Source: a virus. Taken from it: a stretch of 64,000 nucleotides of DNA. Location: positions 1 through 64,000 of IMG/VR virus record IMGVR_UViG_3300044641_001047, one strand, 5' to 3'. Both the position numbers and the translations under genes were made by a program. Below are positions 46,777 through 55,950 of the stretch, piece by piece; position 1 is the first letter of the stretch, and every line of letters begins with the position of its first letter. The notes under the pieces were generated by a model. The model searched no databases and was not told the DNA's origin. It saw only the letters and a program-made list of their open reading frames with translations.

Positions 46777-48060
46777 TTATTCTGCTGTGGCGTATACTCT
46801 AATCCAAGCATCTACACCGTTAATTTTAACTTTGATAGCTCCAGTCTTAGCAGCAGCTGATGCTGTAGAACTAGAGAGTGAGTTAGCACTAGCTGCTCCA
46901 CTAGTTCCGACAAAGTTAATGAAAGATTCGTCTGTGTCAAGTTGCTCAATTACGGCTACGGGAATATTAGCAGTAGTACCATCTTGTTTAGCATGTAAAG
47001 GACTTGAAGGTGCATCTGTATTAATACCTACACGTCTGCTTGCCCCTTTAAGAGTCATAATTTTTTGAGCAACTGCTGATGAATCGTATCCCCAGAAAGT
47101 ATAATCTCCTGATGAACCTGTACCATCATGGTTACCTACATAAAATTCTACTTCTCCACCTGCATTAGCTCCTTGAGAGTTACCAGCTTTAATATACAAT
47201 GCTCCACCTTTGTTAGATGCGTTAGCAGTTCCACCTTGTACGTACAATGGAGCAGGAGCACCGCTAGATGTTAGCAACATTCCAATTACCTGGGCAGAGT
47301 TACCATTTAAAAATATATTGCTAGATACGTTTAAATCTCCTGAGAAGAATGGAGTTGGGCTACCGCTACCAATAAATGTTTGACCATTAGTATTTACTTT
47401 AATACCTCTATTACCACTATCTCCATTTAACCATCCAAATCCATAGATGTTGTATGTAGATGCATTCAAAGCATTTGCTAGAGTAGCTATAGTAGCAGCA
47501 ATTGTTATTGTTCCAGATCCGTTAGTAATAGTGATATTAGAACCAGCTGTTAAGTTAGCCATTACTGGAGCTAGACCAGTTCTTCCTATTATAATTTGAC
47601 CGTTAGTTCCAAATGCCAAAGATGTTAGAGCCCCTAAGCTATTAGCATATAAGAAGGTGTTAGTTCCTAGAGTACTTACTCCAGTACCTCCATTAGCAAT
47701 TGGTAGAACTCCTGTAACATCAGAAGTTAGATTAGCTGTAGTTAAGAAACCAGCCGTACTATTATCACAGTTAGCAAGATCTATATTAGCCTCATTAACC
47801 TGAAGAGTGATGTTATTACTAGCTGTAGCAACAGTTAGAATATTATTTAGAGATTTAATCCCTTTGAAGTTAAGTGTGTTTTTGCTAGTAATGTTTACAA
47901 ACAAAGACTCACTGCTAGTTCCAAGTGTGTTGACAATTGGGAATAGATCTTGAAGCAAGAACTTATTATTAGCAGGGGTAGATGCATTTGCTGTTAACAA
48001 GTAGTCATTAGCAGTTACACTTGTTTTGGCTAAGGCTGTTAGGCTGGTTATAGTTGCCAT
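46777..48060 (-). CDS. Tail fibre / spike protein
   Basis: 427 aa, Thr/Gly/Asn/Ala-rich. LPIANGGTG, LTAGSNITITNGSGTITIAA and VGINTDAP motifs; C-terminal IKVKINGVDAWIRVY. Confidence 0.75.
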   Translation of the reverse strand: MATITSLTALAKTSVTANDYLLTANASTPANNKFLLQDLFPIVNTLGTSSESLFVNITSKNTLNFKGIKSLNNILTVATASNNITLQVNEANIDLANCDNSTAGFLTTANLTSDVTGVLPIANGGTGVSTLGTNTFLYANSLGALTSLAFGTNGQIIIGRTGLAPVMANLTAGSNITITNGSGTITIAATIATLANALNASTYNIYGFGWLNGDSGNRGIKVNTNGQTFIGSGSPTPFFSGDLNVSSNIFLNGNSAQVIGMLLTSSGAPAPLYVQGGTANASNKGGALYIKAGNSQGANAGGEVEFYVGNHDGTGSSGDYTFWGYDSSAVAQKIMTLKGASRRVGINTDAPSSPLHAKQDGTTANIPVAVIEQLDTDESFINFVGTSGAASANSLSSSTASAAAKTGAIKVKINGVDAWIRVYATAE

Positions 48061-48062
48061 TT

Positions 48063-49589
48063 TTATATAGTAATTTTTTGATTAAACTCAGTGGTTATAT
48101 CTATTCCTGTCTCACTCTTTAAGTCTGATGTTGCAATATCCAATCCTACACCTCCTGTAGAACCACTAGTTGATCCAGATGATCCAGTTGTGCTGCTAGT
48201 AATTGATGTAGATGCTGAACAGTCTGCACAGAATCTATTTGCAAAGTTTATAAAAGTCTCTAAGTAAGTTGTAGTACTTTCTGCATCTTGAACTAAGCAG
48301 ATATCATATCCAGTATAAGTTGTAGAAAATGCAGAGTCTAGAAGTATTGTACTTTGGCTAGTTCCAGAGTCAAATGTTACATCTATCATTTTTCTAGAAG
48401 CAAGTACCACTGAAGTAGATGGGTTTACTACTTGAAGATTAAATGTTTCAAATGGAGTGTAATCCCCATTAATAGTTAATGGATTGGCAGTGTTTATAGT
48501 TAAGCCACTAACACTACACGGGATAGGCTCGTAAGTAGCTGTTACCACATCCTTTCTATCGTAAATGCAATCCAGGGCTCTGTCTTTATCTTTTTGAGCT
48601 AATAGCTCTGTGATAAGTTTAAGTTTAGTGAGCTCTCTATAGTCACAGTTAACTCCCCCAATAACTTTATTGTAGAATGTAGTTCCTTTTTCTGCTAAGC
48701 AGTTTTGATATTGAGAAAGCTTAGTATTGTAATCTACCCCGTTAAGTGTAAGTGGAACTTCAGCTATTTCTGAGTATGGGATTACAACAATTGGATCTCC
48801 CCCAACAGCTGTACGATATGCACATACATTATCAATGAATCTACCTTTACCTCCAGATGTGGAACCGTAGCATTGGTTTGGATCATACATCTCTATTTTA
48901 AGAGTAGTATTTCCTTCACAGGTAAGCTCTACTTCTAAGTTTTGTAAAGCCGCTCCAGTGTCATCTAGTAGATGCGTATAAACTTTTGTACCAGCATATA
49001 TTTTTAAATATGCTTGAGAAATTTGAAATGGGGTGCAATAGCCTGCTCTTGTACTTGTAGCATAGTCAAGACTTATTACAAAGGTATCTCCTACAGTTAA
49101 TACATTTGTTTGAGTTATGGAGCTTAAAAGAGCAGTATTAAATTTTACTGATCCTCCGTAGTCTCCAGCCCATGCCCCATTTGCAACAGTCCAACCTGTA
49201 GGATCTGAGTCAAAAGTCCCGTTACTATTAAGACAAGTTAAAGAAGGCCCTTGATCAATTGCAACATCTATAGCAAAAGATGTAAATGCTCTTCCAACTT
49301 CTACCCACCCAGTTGTAGGTGGGCATATATTATTGGCTGTCCCAGTATCTACAGAGTAAGCCTCTTTAATTCCTGAGTTATTTAGTACAACCCATTGAGA
49401 GCCTGTATAAGTGATAGTATATGTATCTCTCCCTACAGCAAAGACGTAGTCATATCCTGTTAAAGAGTTTACATTAACTACTGCAGTAGCAGAGACTGTT
49501 ATTAATTCACCAGTAGAAACTAATTTAACAGTTACTTCTACTCCATTGCATGGAATATTATCTTGTATACAATCTAAACAAATTGGCAT
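48063..49589 (-). CDS. Tail hub / fibre-attachment protein with inserted beta-sandwich (CBM-like) domains
   Basis: 508 aa, Cys-rich. NGTFDSDPTGW...IDNV CBM-like segment; C-terminal LKSETGIDITTE. Confidence 0.55.
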   Translation of the reverse strand: MPICLDCIQDNIPCNGVEVTVKLVSTGELITVSATAVVNVNSLTGYDYVFAVGRDTYTITYTGSQWVVLNNSGIKEAYSVDTGTANNICPPTTGWVEVGRAFTSFAIDVAIDQGPSLTCLNSNGTFDSDPTGWTVANGAWAGDYGGSVKFNTALLSSITQTNVLTVGDTFVISLDYATSTRAGYCTPFQISQAYLKIYAGTKVYTHLLDDTGAALQNLEVELTCEGNTTLKIEMYDPNQCYGSTSGGKGRFIDNVCAYRTAVGGDPIVVIPYSEIAEVPLTLNGVDYNTKLSQYQNCLAEKGTTFYNKVIGGVNCDYRELTKLKLITELLAQKDKDRALDCIYDRKDVVTATYEPIPCSVSGLTINTANPLTINGDYTPFETFNLQVVNPSTSVVLASRKMIDVTFDSGTSQSTILLDSAFSTTYTGYDICLVQDAESTTTYLETFINFANRFCADCSASTSITSSTTGSSGSTSGSTGGVGLDIATSDLKSETGIDITTEFNQKITI

Positions 49590-49598
49590 GTTTATATA

Positions 49599-50084
49599 TT
49601 AGCAACCACATGCACAGGTCTCTATGCAGAAGTCTTTTGCTTTATTGTATTTGTTAATAGCGTCAGTTATATTAGTAGCTGAGTAAGTAGCATGTTGTGC
49701 TGACTTAATCAACAGATCAATCTTCTCGGCCTTTCTTAGGTCTTCATCACATCTATCACAGTGACAGTGACAGTCAATGGCAGATTGAACTAGAGCTGCA
49801 ATGCAGCAGTAAATTTCACAAGCTCCTACTGAATAGCTTGTAGGATTAGAACTATCTACGGTATCTGTAATGCTAATTACCCCATTAAACAACTCTCCAG
49901 CTGTCTCGTTATCTAGAATCCAGGTGTAGGCTCCTCCAGTTGTGGATACAGTACCTGAATCTTTTGTAGTTTCAGTTATAAAGTTGTAGTATACAAGCTT
50001 AGCAGTTGCTGCAGCTCCAGAGATTACAACAGTTAGCTTTTTACAATCAGGGGAGATAGTTATTGAGTCTATTACTGTAGCCAT
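49599..50084 (-). CDS. Cys-rich tail hub-like protein
   Basis: Likely start is MATVIDS at 50084 (161 aa), because the upstream ATG lies inside a terminator hairpin. Contains CEIYCC, DCHCHCDRC and terminal CIETCACGC. Confidence 0.65.
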   Translation of the reverse strand: MATVIDSITISPDCKKLTVVISGAAATAKLVYYNFITETTKDSGTVSTTGGAYTWILDNETAGELFNGVISITDTVDSSNPTSYSVGACEIYCCIAALVQSAIDCHCHCDRCDEDLRKAEKIDLLIKSAQHATYSATNITDAINKYNKAKDFCIETCACGC

Positions 50085-50107
50085 TAGATAGTTTTTGTAA
50101 AGATAGT

Positions 50108-50137
50108 AAAAAGCAGGGGATTGCTCCCCCACTTTTT
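50108..50137 (-). terminator. Rho-independent terminator after the auxiliary capsid gene
   Basis: Minus strand AAAAAGTGGGGGA-GCAA-TCCCCTGCTTTTT. Confidence 0.8.
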
Positions 50138-50153
50138 AATGATTAATTTTAGA

Positions 50154-51167
50154 TTAGAACAATCTTTCAACTGCAGCAGTGCCCCAGTCTGAAGTGTCGC
50201 TATTCAAGAACACCAAGTCAGCCTTAGTAGATCCTTCTGCAGCTACTTTGCTGTAGATCTTAATAGTGTTCAATTCACCTGCACGGGCAATACCTGTGTC
50301 AGCTGGGTGATTGTGTACGTACTGAATTTGAACAACTTCGTAAGTATTTCCACTAACTGCAAACTCAGGGAATGCAAATGGGAAGTACATACGGTTGAAG
50401 TTTCCGTAACGAGCACGTTGTGATTTCTCGTCAGACAAAACCTGCCAGTAGTTACCAGCTCCATCATTGTAACCAGTCATAGTTGGTGCAGCCAAAGTAC
50501 CAGACTTGTCGCTGTAAGCAAGAGTGATATCAAATACAACTCCAGCATGACGAGCAGTCAATACCATGTCAGTACCATTATCAGTGGTAGTAAACAAAGA
50601 ATTCAAAGTAGGATTAGCTGCAATTTTAGCAATAATCTGATCGTACAAAGTAGCCTCTGTTCCACCATGTTCAGAACTACCAACTTCAATGTTGAAGATC
50701 ATACGACCTGCAGAGAAGTTACCGAGCAATGGAAATTCTTTACCACCACCAGACAAATCTAATGCAGTACCATTTTGATAGTAGTTAGCATAAGCAGTTG
50801 GAGCAGTACGAAGTGCAATACGTACCATTACATCTTTGGTAGATGTCGGAGCTCCTACATTAATAGCTGCTGAATGTCTAACTGATGCAGCGTAGATATC
50901 ATACTTAATTCTCTTTATATCTTTGATATCGATAATAGGAGAAGCAATAGGATTTCCAGAAGGCATAGTTTGCACAATTTGGATAGGACCAACTGCTGCT
51001 GTCAAAGAAGTTGTCAGGTATGCTCCAGTAGCAAGATCCCACACACCAACTTTAGAAGCAGACGCTGCTGCATTAACTGAAAAAGTAGAGCCTGTGATCA
51101 AGCTTCCGTTGGTAGTATCGCTAATGTCGTTAGCTACAAATACCTGATTTAAATTAGAAGGTGCCAT
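50154..51167 (-). CDS. Auxiliary capsid protein (abundant structural protein)
   Basis: 337 aa, Ala/Thr/Gly-rich, MCP-like codon usage, own terminator. Synteny matches the crAss auxiliary capsid gene. Confidence 0.65.
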   Translation of the reverse strand: MAPSNLNQVFVANDISDTTNGSLITGSTFSVNAAASASKVGVWDLATGAYLTTSLTAAVGPIQIVQTMPSGNPIASPIIDIKDIKRIKYDIYAASVRHSAAINVGAPTSTKDVMVRIALRTAPTAYANYYQNGTALDLSGGGKEFPLLGNFSAGRMIFNIEVGSSEHGGTEATLYDQIIAKIAANPTLNSLFTTTDNGTDMVLTARHAGVVFDITLAYSDKSGTLAAPTMTGYNDGAGNYWQVLSDEKSQRARYGNFNRMYFPFAFPEFAVSGNTYEVVQIQYVHNHPADTGIARAGELNTIKIYSKVAAEGSTKADLVFLNSDTSDWGTAAVERLF

Positions 51168-51202
51168 TTTTTATTAATTTAGGCGTTAAACATTGATTTT
51201 AG

Positions 51203-52372
51203 TTATTCACTTTCGAGGTTTTCCATCGATTGCGAGTTATACCTTTGGGATTCGATACCCTCCAGTATGCTTTTAATAGTCATTTCTACAATCTCCTGGT
51301 GAGTGTGCTCAGCAAGCTCACATCCAACCCCTGAAGTTATAGAGATGGCTTTTGGTTTTCTTATATAAACGATGAATACTTTAGGGACAATGAATGTATT
51401 GTCTGAGTAAACATCGATAAAGTTCTCTTTTACAGAATAAGGGATATAGTCGAAAGATGTTCTATTAAAGGGATCTTTCATGATAGTTGGGATGTCATCA
51501 CTTTGAGCAAACCAACATTGACTTATTCTTTCTAATGGTCTTGGGGCAGCTATACCTTTTATATCTCTTGTAGTTACCCCAAAAGTCTTTAAATTATCTT
51601 CTTCTCTATATGTCCATCCAGTACCTGATGGAGTTGTCCAGCTAGTTCTGATATATCCTCCAGTTAAGGGGTCTGGGTACATATCATTTAAAGTCCCAAT
51701 ATAGATGTGATTACTATCTACAGGGGGATCAAGTGCAGCTCCTGTATCATTTAAGGTTTCTACTACATTAGCATTATAAGATGGGAAGAAGTTATTTAAG
51801 TAGTTATTAGTCTTAATTAACTCATCTCTAGATATCTCCTGACCTGCTGGGGTATTCATCATACTTACCCACACTGATCCATCATAATAAGCTATGTCTG
51901 TAAGAACGTGTCCTGCAACTGGGGGAGTTAAATCTAACTTAACCCAACTGTAGTTATTCTTATTTAGGGCTATTGCATATGCTATATTCCCGTTACATAC
52001 GTAATTAACTTGAGCAGAAACAGATACAAGGAAAAGGTAATCCAAAGGTAGGGTTGCCCTTTCCACGTAAATGTTAGTATTGCTAGTATTATAAATGTAA
52101 GTACCTATTGCATCAGTGAGGAATCCTCCAGAAGAGATAGTACTAGAACTAGTAGTAACTACTAGATTTCTTAAGTCATCTATTCTCTTCTGAGATTGCT
52201 CAAAGCCCTTACCTTGTCTGTTAGATGATGGGTTATACCGTTGCTTAATGAATCTCATCATAGCAATGTTTAACTCAAAATCTATCTCTTGAGGTAAGAG
52301 TACGTCAGCCTGGAAGGATGCAATCTTTTGCACCCCCAGGTTGACAGCTATATGCATTTCGTTTACAGTCAT
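51203..52372 (-). CDS. Tail ring / head-tail connector protein
   Basis: MTVNEMH...EIDFELN.A...GFEQSQKRIDDLRNLV and YIRKP...CELAEHTHQEIVEM are conserved Crassvirales ring-protein motifs. Confidence 0.72.
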   Translation of the reverse strand: MTVNEMHIAVNLGVQKIASFQADVLLPQEIDFELNIAMMRFIKQRYNPSSNRQGKGFEQSQKRIDDLRNLVVTTSSSTISSGGFLTDAIGTYIYNTSNTNIYVERATLPLDYLFLVSVSAQVNYVCNGNIAYAIALNKNNYSWVKLDLTPPVAGHVLTDIAYYDGSVWVSMMNTPAGQEISRDELIKTNNYLNNFFPSYNANVVETLNDTGAALDPPVDSNHIYIGTLNDMYPDPLTGGYIRTSWTTPSGTGWTYREEDNLKTFGVTTRDIKGIAAPRPLERISQCWFAQSDDIPTIMKDPFNRTSFDYIPYSVKENFIDVYSDNTFIVPKVFIVYIRKPKAISITSGVGCELAEHTHQEIVEMTIKSILEGIESQRYNSQSMENLESE

Positions 52373-52379
52373 CTAGTAA

Positions 52380-53186
52380 TTAAGATACTTCTTTGAGCCT
52401 TGCTCTCATTGTATTTACTTGACCAGAGTTCTTCTTATTCTTGAAGTAAACAATTGCATCTTTCATATCTTCTCCGATTGTTTCGTCTTGGAAAATAACT
52501 TGATTTCCAATTCGACGGAGGATATCCTTTGCAACCATTTCTTCAATCTCTGCCTGAACTTCTAAGTTGTCGTCCATGCAGTATTTCAAGAATTTCTCTG
52601 GGTTACTTCCTTTGTAATCGTACAGGGTATTTTCGATTTCCATGTCTGAGAGTCTTTCTGGATCTCCGTCCACAAGTACTCTAAGCAACATTTTCATCTT
52701 CTCGACGTTGCCAGTGAGTTTAATAAACTCTTTGTCAGCATCTTTTCTAACCTGCACTTTAGCATTCTTCTTAAGAAGGTCTTTCTGTGGATCGTAGATA
52801 TAAAATCTTTTATTCGAATCCAGTTTCATTTCTTCTTCAGAAGTTGCCACATGTCTGTGCTTGAGGCACCACTTATAATAAATGTAATCCATTGCATTAA
52901 TTGGACTGCCATCATCATAAGTACCGATCTCAAGTTCTGCCCCTTCAAAAGGAACTTTAAGGCTAAGGCTAGCCCAGAAGTCTTTTGTTTTTGAAGGCCA
53001 ATCTTGATGACCAGCTGGTACATCAATAAAGTTTTTCAATAATTTTGCTTCTTCTTCTCCGTCAACTCCTTTGAGTGGGAGACGATCTACATACATAGAT
53101 CCAAGTTTAACTTTTGCTCCAGCTCTGATTTCCTTTGGAAGGTGATTCAGAACTTCTTTGCGTCTAATAATAACTTTACGTTCCAT
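52380..53186 (-). CDS. Conserved crAss-like protein encoded after MCP
   Basis: 268 aa. PINAMDYIYY, RFYIYDP and IGEDMKDAIVYFKNKKN motifs; synteny. Confidence 0.7.
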   Translation of the reverse strand: MERKVIIRRKEVLNHLPKEIRAGAKVKLGSMYVDRLPLKGVDGEEEAKLLKNFIDVPAGHQDWPSKTKDFWASLSLKVPFEGAELEIGTYDDGSPINAMDYIYYKWCLKHRHVATSEEEMKLDSNKRFYIYDPQKDLLKKNAKVQVRKDADKEFIKLTGNVEKMKMLLRVLVDGDPERLSDMEIENTLYDYKGSNPEKFLKYCMDDNLEVQAEIEEMVAKDILRRIGNQVIFQDETIGEDMKDAIVYFKNKKNSGQVNTMRARLKEVS

Positions 53187-53249
53187 AATTTTAGTTCTTT
53201 TTATTAGTTAAGCTTAGGAAAAGAATAACCTAAGGTTTTATATATTTTT

Positions 53250-53276
53250 AAAAGGGGGCTTTAACACCCCCTTTTT
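53250..53276 (-). terminator. Rho-independent terminator after the major capsid gene
   Basis: Minus strand AAAAGGGGG-TGTTAAAG-CCCCCTTTT. Confidence 0.8.
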
Positions 53277-53295
53277 ATTGCAAACCAAACACAAA

Positions 53296-54720
53296 TTACG
53301 ATGCAGTACATTGAAGGTCAAGGCTAGTATCGAAACGACGAAGTAGGATACCAGCAGTCTTCAACATATGAACAGAAGCACCGTCTATGTCACTTGCACG
53401 AGTGTCAGTTTCTGTGAATCCTTTTGGAACAACAGAACCTGCTACACACCAGCGCAGAAGTTCACGACCTTTCTTATTTACCATTTGCAGGTTGTTCTCA
53501 CCATCATAAGTAGACTGGTCAACAAAAGTCATACGGTAAGACTCAAGTGGAAGACCAGTTACTGGGTGCTTCTTAGAAGCTTGAGCCACAGGACCGTGAT
53601 CGAACAAAGGAGATTTAACTACATTAACTCTGTGACCATCTACGTGATCGTAGCTAGTGAAGTAACCAGTAATACCGAGGTTACGACCGCTACCAGTGAT
53701 GAACGTAGGTTGAGTGGTCTGGAGGTAAGTGTTTGCACCATAGTATGACTTAAGTGCTTTATCGAATTCACGAGCACCACCAATACCAGTGTACAAAGTA
53801 ACTTGCTTGTCAGTAGCATCAGTCATACCATAGAACAAGTCTCCGATAGTCTCCTCAAGTTTAGCTTGAGTAAGAGTAGAGTAAGTGTCTTTGTTGATGA
53901 TCTGCTCAAACAAACCAGGACCAGAGATTACAGGTTGACCGTTCTCATCGAGCATAGTGCTAACACCATTAGCATCGTGAGTCTTCTGGCCATACCAGTA
54001 GTACATTTCACACTCTTCTTTAAACTTAAGCATGTGACGGTACTCTTCGTAATCCATCCACAACTTAGTCTTAGAACCCTCTTTCAAAGGCAATTCGAAC
54101 TGAGCTACATAGTCTTTAGCATTTCCAGAGAAGTGGTAAGACTTACGTACAGTACCAATCTTAGAACGAACAAGACCTGGAGCAGTCCAGTTAGATGCAT
54201 TACCACGTGAGAAGTCAATACCCACGTTAGCATACAACATACCCCAAAGAGCACCTGGAGAAGCATCTGCAACAGATACTGAAGCAGTATCAGGAGATAC
54301 AATCTTCAAAGTGTATTTCCAACCAGCACCATCAGCTACTGGCTCGTTCATAATACGAGCAAGAACACCAGACTGAGATACCAAGGTGTAAGGGAAAATG
54401 AACCACTTATCAGGGAAGGTAAGGGTGAATGGGGCACCACCTGCACCAACTGCAGCACCAGGTGCAGCAGAGACAACAGGACGAACATTGATTTCGTGTG
54501 TTTTAACACGATACTCATACTCGAAACGGTCGATAGAACGAGTATTGCCGACACCTTCAGTCAAGAAGGAGAGTGGGAATTTCTTTTCTTCACGACCTGC
54601 CAAGTGAGTGATAATCGGAGACAACTCCGCTGGACGTTCCATAAGTGCATTTGCCAACGAGTTACTGTCGGTCATCTGCGAATCGTTATAGTACGTCTTA
54701 AGTACTTGCATTAATGACAT
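53296..54720 (-). CDS. Major capsid protein (HK97 fold, crAss type)
   Basis: 474 aa. TDSNSLANAL, GPGLFEQI, LYTGIGGAREF and PLFDHG..HPVTGLPLESYRM motifs. Follows scaffold, followed by a terminator. Confidence 0.9.
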   Translation of the reverse strand: MSLMQVLKTYYNDSQMTDSNSLANALMERPAELSPIITHLAGREEKKFPLSFLTEGVGNTRSIDRFEYEYRVKTHEINVRPVVSAAPGAAVGAGGAPFTLTFPDKWFIFPYTLVSQSGVLARIMNEPVADGAGWKYTLKIVSPDTASVSVADASPGALWGMLYANVGIDFSRGNASNWTAPGLVRSKIGTVRKSYHFSGNAKDYVAQFELPLKEGSKTKLWMDYEEYRHMLKFKEECEMYYWYGQKTHDANGVSTMLDENGQPVISGPGLFEQIINKDTYSTLTQAKLEETIGDLFYGMTDATDKQVTLYTGIGGAREFDKALKSYYGANTYLQTTQPTFITGSGRNLGITGYFTSYDHVDGHRVNVVKSPLFDHGPVAQASKKHPVTGLPLESYRMTFVDQSTYDGENNLQMVNKKGRELLRWCVAGSVVPKGFTETDTRASDIDGASVHMLKTAGILLRRFDTSLDLQCTAS

Positions 54721-54758
54721 GATTCTATAATTTTAAAAAGTTAATTGTTGTTTAAATC

Positions 54759-55907
54759 TTATTCAAACAGCTTCTTCATATCCAGTTGGTCTGGATCAAA
54801 TTTCTTTGCTTTGCCTTTTTCAATCTTTCCGTAGTTCTTAACTCTCTCTTCGTTACGTTGGATTTTATCTCTCAAGCTCTTTACACTTTCGGTCTTAGCC
54901 TTAGTAGTGATGATATCTTGAAGATTCATTCCTTTGTACATCAAGTAGTCAATAGCCAGTTTAACATCGAGCTCTGAATTAGCATAATCCATGTCTCTAC
55001 GTGTTCTGCCTGATTTATCTACAGGTGCGGAAATATAATCAAAGAACTTAGCTTTCTCTTTTTCAGGAATTCTGATTCCAGCAAACTCTTTACCTTGGTC
55101 AATTGTAGAGGCTACATTCTCCCAAAATTCTTGTTGCTGTTTTTCTTGCTCCTGTCTTTCACGTTTCTGTTGCTCTACTATCTGTTCTCTTTCTTTAGAC
55201 TGAATAGTAGCTAATTGTTTTTGAGCAACTATTGCTTTGTCATAGAGTTTACCAGAGTCCTCGTAGTCCTCGAGCATATCTTTAATGAACTCTTCATCGT
55301 GTCCTTTAGTTTTAAAGTATTCAGACACAAATGCTTTTTGAGTTCTTGCATCATTCTGATCGATCTCATATTGAGAGTAATCCAAATTTGGATTATAAGC
55401 TTGGAAGAACTTTTCAGAATCTCCACCTGCAAGTACAAAGTCAAGATGCTTTTGTACTAGTGGGAATTGCTGAAACAACTCATTAAGCTGATCCTCTGCA
55501 ATATTCTGAGCAATGTCTTTAGTAAATTCTACTAAACCTTCCTCAGTATCAGCATACGTATTTTCAATATCGTAACCCAGTGCCTTTGCAATGGATTCTG
55601 CTACAGACCCAGACTCTTCTGAATCTTCTTCATCAGATTCATCATCATCTTCTTGGTCTTCTCTAGCATACTTTTTTGATTGGAGTTCTTCATCGTCTTC
55701 GTCGTCTTCGTCTGTACGTTTTCTACTGGACTTGGACTCGGGTTCGGACTCGGACTCTGAATCGTCTGATTCTTCTTCTGATTCTTCTTCATTTTCAAGT
55801 TCGTCTTTTGTTGTTTCCTCTTTTTCATCAAGAGTGTTCAGACCATCACCAATAAAATCGTCGAAGGTGATGTCTGCAATGTTCAATTTTTGTTCTTTGG
55901 TTGCCAT
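54759..55907 (-). CDS. Capsid scaffolding protein (putative)
   Basis: 382 aa with a very acidic N-terminal region and coiled coil, immediately upstream of MCP. Confidence 0.72.
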   Translation of the reverse strand: MATKEQKLNIADITFDDFIGDGLNTLDEKEETTKDELENEEESEEESDDSESESEPESKSSRKRTDEDDEDDEELQSKKYAREDQEDDDESDEEDSEESGSVAESIAKALGYDIENTYADTEEGLVEFTKDIAQNIAEDQLNELFQQFPLVQKHLDFVLAGGDSEKFFQAYNPNLDYSQYEIDQNDARTQKAFVSEYFKTKGHDEEFIKDMLEDYEDSGKLYDKAIVAQKQLATIQSKEREQIVEQQKRERQEQEKQQQEFWENVASTIDQGKEFAGIRIPEKEKAKFFDYISAPVDKSGRTRRDMDYANSELDVKLAIDYLMYKGMNLQDIITTKAKTESVKSLRDKIQRNEERVKNYGKIEKGKAKKFDPDQLDMKKLFE

Positions 55908-55910
55908 ATT

Positions 55911-55920
55911 TACAAAGGTA
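55911..55920 (-). promoter_or_regulatory. Bacteroidota-type -7 promoter element for the scaffold-MCP operon
   Basis: Minus strand reads TACCTTTGTA-AAT-ATG (start 55907). Confidence 0.65.
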
Positions 55921-55950
55921 TTGGTTTACTTATAGTTAAAAAGTATAAAT

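Noticed and set aside
50085-50132. 16-codon N-terminal extension of the 177-aa ORF call
   Set aside because: The upstream ATG lies within the terminator hairpin. MATVIDS at 50084 has the typical A-rich context.
55690-55800. Short tandem-like repeats (GGACTC, TCGTCT, TCTTC) in the scaffold gene
   Set aside because: They simply encode the acidic Ser/Glu/Asp low-complexity region and are not an independent repeat element
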